From: Clostridia bacterium | GTDB lineage: Bacteria; Bacillota; Clostridia; UMGS1883 | Length of the DNA: 31,746 bases | NCBI GenBank assembly: GCA_051866635.1 | Contig: JBJDXJ010000042.1 | Span: 1 to 31,746, forward strand | Direction of reading: 5' to 3' | Part shown: positions 28,318 through 31,746 of the stretch, one piece after another | How positions within the stretch are numbered: the stretch's first letter is position 1 | Layout: the number at the start of each line of letters is the position of its first letter | Position numbers and translations under genes: made by a program | Notes under the pieces: generated by a model | Told to the model about the DNA's origin: nothing | Databases searched by the model: none | Seen by the model: only the letters and a program-made list of their open reading frames with translations

Positions 28318-29241
28318 ATGATTTATACATCAGTTGACCAACTTGTGGGAAAAACACCACTTGTAGAACTTAAACATATCGAAGATGAATTTTCGCTTAA
28401 GGCAAAAATCATAGCAAAGCTTGAATATTTCAATCCTGCAGGCAGTGTAAAGGACAGAGTTGCCAAAAACATGATTGACCAAGCGGAAAAGGACGGCTTA
28501 CTTAAGACAGGCTCTGTAATTATCGAACCTACAAGCGGCAACACAGGCATAGGTCTTGCATCTATTGCCGCCGCACGAGGCTACAGAATTATAATTGTAA
28601 TGCCCGAAACAATGAGTGTTGAACGCCGTCAGATTATGAAAGCATACGGTGCCGAGCTTGTTTTAACGGAAGGTGCAAAAGGCATGAAAGGTGCCATTGC
28701 AAAAGCCGAAGAGCTTGCAAAAAGTATTCCCGATAGCTTTATTCCGGGTCAGTTCACAAACAGTGCAAATCCACAGGCACACTACAAAACAACAGGACCT
28801 GAAATATATTCCGACACTGACGGAAAGGTTGACATATTTGTCTCCGGCGTTGGTACAGGCGGCACAGTTACAGGCGTTGGCAAATATCTTAAAGAGAAAA
28901 ACCCCAACGTAAAGGTTGTGGCAGTTGAACCTAAATCCTCTCCCGTTCTTTCCGGGGGTGTAGCAGGGGCACATAAAATTCAGGGCATAGGTGCAGGCTT
29001 TGTGCCCGAGGTTTTAAATACTGCTATTTATGATGAGATTATAACAGTATCAAACGAAGATGCATTTGCAATAGGCAAACTTATCGGTCAGAAAGAAGGA
29101 TTTCTTGTAGGCATTTCTTCAGGTGCGGCAGTATCTGCGGCAATAGAAATAGCAAAAAGGAGCGAAAACGAAGGCAAGAACATAGTAGTTCTTCTGCCCG
29201 ATACAGGGGACAGATATTTGTCAACTCCCCTATTTGAATAA
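28318..29241 (+). CDS. cysK: cysteine synthase A
   Basis: [43 protein letters not shown]. Confidence 0.95.
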   Translation: MIYTSVDQLVGKTPLVELKHIEDEFSLKAKIIAKLEYFNPAGSVKDRVAKNMIDQAEKDGLLKTGSVIIEPTSGNTGIGLASIAAARGYRIIIVMPETMSVERRQIMKAYGAELVLTEGAKGMKGAIAKAEELAKSIPDSFIPGQFTNSANPQAHYKTTGPEIYSDTDGKVDIFVSGVGTGGTVTGVGKYLKEKNPNVKVVAVEPKSSPVLSGGVAGAHKIQGIGAGFVPEVLNTAIYDEIITVSNEDAFAIGKLIGQKEGFLVGISSGAAVSAAIEIAKRSENEGKNIVVLLPDTGDRYLSTPLFE

Positions 29242-29270
29242 AATTTTCTAAAGAAAAAAGGAGAATGGGT

Positions 29271-29687
29271 ATGCTTGTTTCCACAAGAGGGCGTTATGCA
29301 ATAAGAGTTATGCTTGATTTAGCCATAAACTATTCAGGTAATTTTATCCCTATGAAGGACGTTGCCGCACGACAAGGCTTGTCCCTTAAATACATAGAAA
29401 GAATAATGCCCCTTTTAAATTCCGGTAATCTTGTGGAGGGGGTCCACGGTAAAGGCGGTGGTTATCGCCTTTCAAGGAAACCGGAGGAATATAAAATAGG
29501 CGAAATATTACGTCTTACCGAAGGAAACCTTGCACCGGTTGCCTGTCTTGAATGTGGTGCACAGCCTTGCGACAGAGCAACAGATTGCAAAACACTTCCC
29601 ATGTGGATTAAGTTTCATAACATGGTAAATGACTACTTTGATTCCATCACTCTTTTGGATTTAATGGAAAACAAAATCAAAATTTAA
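29271..29687 (+). CDS. Rrf2-family transcriptional regulator (CymR/IscR-like, Cys-containing)
   Basis: STRGRYAIRVMLDLA, GKGGGYRL, LTEGNLAPVACL..C....C.....C; second ATG chosen for SD spacing. Confidence 0.9.
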   Translation: MLVSTRGRYAIRVMLDLAINYSGNFIPMKDVAARQGLSLKYIERIMPLLNSGNLVEGVHGKGGGYRLSRKPEEYKIGEILRLTEGNLAPVACLECGAQPCDRATDCKTLPMWIKFHNMVNDYFDSITLLDLMENKIKI

Positions 29688-29753
29688 AACATCTCTCCAA
29701 CCTAAAAAACTATATTTCACGCAAAAAAGTGCACAGTCTGTCAAGACTGCCAC

Positions 29754-29809
29754 AGATTGTAGAAAAGCCCTGTTTTGCTCAATCTCAAAACAGGGCTTTT
29801 CTACAATCT
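29754..29809. repeat. perfect 24-bp inverted repeat (MITE/IS-end-like)
   Basis: AGATTGTAGAAAAGCCCTGTTTTG-8 nt-CAAAACAGGGCTTTTCTACAATCT. Confidence 0.85.
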
Positions 29810-29842
29810 CAAGGAGCAACGAAAGTTGCTCCTTGCTTTTTT
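29810..29842. terminator. terminator following the displaced rubredoxin 3' end (bidirectional)
   Basis: CAAGGAGCAAC-GAAA-GTTGCTCCTTG plus T-tract. Confidence 0.8.
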
Positions 29843-29843
29843 A

Positions 29844-29896
29844 TTATGCTTCTGTAAATGCGTCCTTACCAAGTCCGCAAATAGGACAAACCCAAT
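29844..29896 (-). pseudogene. duplicated rubredoxin 3' fragment ([16 protein letters not shown]), att-like repeat
   Basis: 29849-29896 is identical to 31142-31189 (48 bp). Confidence 0.9.
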
Positions 29897-29942
29897 TTAG
29901 CATCTGGTTTTCCTGAATAAATATCTTTTATAGTAATTTATT

Positions 29943-30704
29943 TCATATAATTCCTCCTTGTACATTATCTTCTTTTTTAACCAATTTCTCATACTCATCC
30001 AACTGCACTTCCTCAAGCACTGCCACAAAATCTGCAAAATGTGTCAAATCTCCATTCACCGCATACTGTTCAAGTGCGTTATAATAATCAAGCCTATTTC
30101 CTTTGGCAATAGAAATTGGCAAATACCCGTGTATCAAAAGCTGATAATTCATGATAAGTCTGCTTGTTCTGCCGTTACCATCTATAAACGGATGTATCCT
30201 TACAAATTCAGCGTGTGTCCATGCTGCAAGCTCTATCGGATTTAGCTCATTTTCTTTGTTTTTTAAATCTTTATAGAAATTCTTAATTTGCATATACATT
30301 TCATTTCCTGCAGGAGGTGTAAATCCCGCACCGCTGATTCTTACTTCTTCTTTTCGGTATATACCACCAAGAATTATGTTTTCTGTAAGTATTGCGTGTA
30401 AGTCTTTTACAATATTTTCATCTAAAGGCTTGTTTTCGTTTATACATTTCTTCACATAGCCATAGGCTTTTTTGTGGTTAATAACTTCATATATCTCCCG
30501 CAGTTCTTTTCCTCCAATTGAAATGCCATCTTCTAATACAACCTTTGTTTCCATTAGTGTTAATGTATTACCCTCAATAGCAGTAGAATTATGCGTGAAT
30601 GTCAGTTCAAAATCCTTTTCATAAGAGGATAGAGTAACAGCACTTATCTTATATTTGTTTTGTTCGTATTTAAGTTTTTTGTTTTGTATTCTATCAAAAT
30701 TCAT
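29943..30704 (-). CDS. Fic-family protein (class II-like, N-terminal autoinhibitory motif)
   Basis: HPFIDGNGRTSR Fic motif; STAIEGN inhibitory motif; start at MNFDR after SD AAGGAG. Confidence 0.92.
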   Translation of the reverse strand: MNFDRIQNKKLKYEQNKYKISAVTLSSYEKDFELTFTHNSTAIEGNTLTLMETKVVLEDGISIGGKELREIYEVINHKKAYGYVKKCINENKPLDENIVKDLHAILTENIILGGIYRKEEVRISGAGFTPPAGNEMYMQIKNFYKDLKNKENELNPIELAAWTHAEFVRIHPFIDGNGRTSRLIMNYQLLIHGYLPISIAKGNRLDYYNALEQYAVNGDLTHFADFVAVLEEVQLDEYEKLVKKEDNVQGGII

Positions 30705-30705
30705 A

Positions 30706-30915
30706 TTACTTTTTCTCCTTAACAAATTCACATATATCGCTTATGTCACAATTTAGATATTCAGCTATTTTTAAAAGTATCAGCATTGAAACAGGTTCAT
30801 CTCGTCTTAGTTTTGTCATTGTGTTTGGTGCAATATCTGCATTCTTACGCAAATCAACCTTACTTAGCTTTTTATCTATCAATAATTTCCATAATTTATT
30901 ATATGATATGGTCAT
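30706..30915 (-). CDS. Cro/C1-type (XRE) HTH regulator
   Basis: ISYNKLWKLLIDK...TMTKLRRDEPVSM..L.KIAEYLNCDISDICEF; SD GAGGTG. Confidence 0.9.
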   Translation of the reverse strand: MTISYNKLWKLLIDKKLSKVDLRKNADIAPNTMTKLRRDEPVSMLILLKIAEYLNCDISDICEFVKEKK

Positions 30916-31098
30916 GCTTTCACCTCAAATATATTTACTATTTTATAGTATAGTATAATCGTTGCAAAATTTCAATATACTTTCGCAAATTCATAAGAAA
31001 GTTAAACAAAAATAGGAGATTTTTCAAAAGCCTAATCCCCTACTTTTCTTGAAGAACGAAAATGGCTCTATAATAAATTAAAAGCTCTGCAATAGTAA

Positions 31099-31132
31099 AA
31101 ATAAGGAGCAACCATCGTCGCTCCTTATTTTT
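31099..31132. terminator. terminator after the intact rubredoxin
   Basis: AATAAGGAGC...GCTCCTTATT hairpin with A/T tracts; similar to the 29810 hairpin. Confidence 0.75.
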
Positions 31133-31136
31133 GTTA

Positions 31137-31292
31137 TTATTCTTCTGTAAATGCGTCCTTACCAAGTCCGCAAATAGGACAAACCCAATCTTCGGGAACA
31201 TCTTCCCAAGCTGTACCGGGTGCTATACCGTTGTCGGGATCGCCAACTTCAGGATCATATACGTAACCGCATGGACATTCATACTTTGCCAT
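31137..31292 (-). CDS. rubredoxin (51 aa; below ORF-track cutoff)
   Basis: [51 protein letters not shown]; SD AAGAGGT. Confidence 0.95.
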   Translation of the reverse strand: MAKYECPCGYVYDPEVGDPDNGIAPGTAWEDVPEDWVCPICGLGKDAFTEE

Positions 31293-31474
31293 ATTTAATT
31301 ACCTCTTTTTTATTGATATGATAATTAGGTTATAACCTCACTTACCGGGAGCATTGCACGGGACATTCCTCACCCACAGGTAGGCAGTTTGTTAGCACTT
31401 CCTCATCGTATGCAGGAGGGGTGTCCCTGTTCCTTATAAAAATGTTGCAATCACCTAATCAAAGTTACCTGATA

Positions 31475-31746
31475 TTAACCAAAATATCTCTTAAGAAGAC
31501 CTTCAAGACCTCTTCCGTGTCTTGCCTCATCTCTTGCCATTTCATGTACTGTGTCATGAATTGCATCCAAGCCGTACTTCTTTGCCATAACTGCAAGGTC
31601 AAACTTACCCTTTGTAGCACCGTATTCGCAGTCAACTCTCCACTTAAGGTTATCCTTTGTTGTAGCCTTCATGTTGGGTTCAAGATCTTCACCTAAAAGT
31701 TCAGCAAACTTTGCAGCGTGTTCAGCTTCTTCATAAGCAGCCTTTT
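31475..31746 (-). CDS. reverse rubrerythrin / NADH peroxidase, C-terminal part (5' end outside the window)
   Basis: Open frame to the window edge: [16 protein letters not shown]...EYGATKGK...[15 protein letters not shown], di-iron ExxH motifs. Confidence 0.88.
   Translation of the reverse strand, partial: KAAYEEAEHAAKFAELLGEDLEPNMKATTKDNLKWRVDCEYGATKGKFDLAVMAKKYGLDAIHDTVHEMARDEARHGRGLEGLLKRYFG

Larger units (their letters stand above)
29849..31189. mobile_element. Xre-Fic islet integrated in the rubredoxin 3' end
   Basis: 48-bp direct repeats flanking two accessory genes; no integrase. Confidence 0.75.

Noticed and set aside
31330-31450. Cys-containing minus-strand frame (…NCLPVGEECPVQCSR*) upstream of rubredoxin
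   Set aside because: No start codon with a well-spaced SD after the upstream stop; the region is better explained as structured RNA
1-31746. CRISPR array, rRNA, integrase or transposase genes
   Set aside because: No regularly spaced repeats and no recognisable recombinase/transposase motifs were seen

Overview
A 31.7 kb chromosomal window from an endospore-forming, low-GC Firmicute (Clostridia-like). Core content: DUF6062-like gene, spoIIA operon (spoIIAA-spoIIAB-sigF), a TPP-riboswitch-controlled thiamine-precursor ABC operon, comM/yifB, GH127 and L-rhamnose mutarotase, secG-rnr-smpB-ssrA(tmRNA), a MurJ/SpoVB-type flippase, a Zn-ribbon/DUF5685/J-domain operon, a secreted transglutaminase-like protein, T-box-controlled pheST, tspO, metY-cysK-Rrf2, rubredoxin and a partial reverse rubrerythrin. 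Two small integrase-less accessory islets are visible. One (~3 kb) sits at the tmRNA 3' end and carries a frameshifted nuclease, an Xre regulator and a split RES gene. The other (~1.3 kb, Xre+Fic) is bounded by a perfect 48-bp duplication of the rubredoxin 3' end. The most notable unannotated signals are a 20-codon leader ORF ending Met-Cys-Lys ahead of metY-cysK, rubredoxin as an integration target, a long structured intergenic hairpin between rubrerythrin and rubredoxin, a 137-nt rnr/smpB overlap, and IS/MITE-like inverted repeats. All family assignments come from reading motifs by eye; no database search was run.
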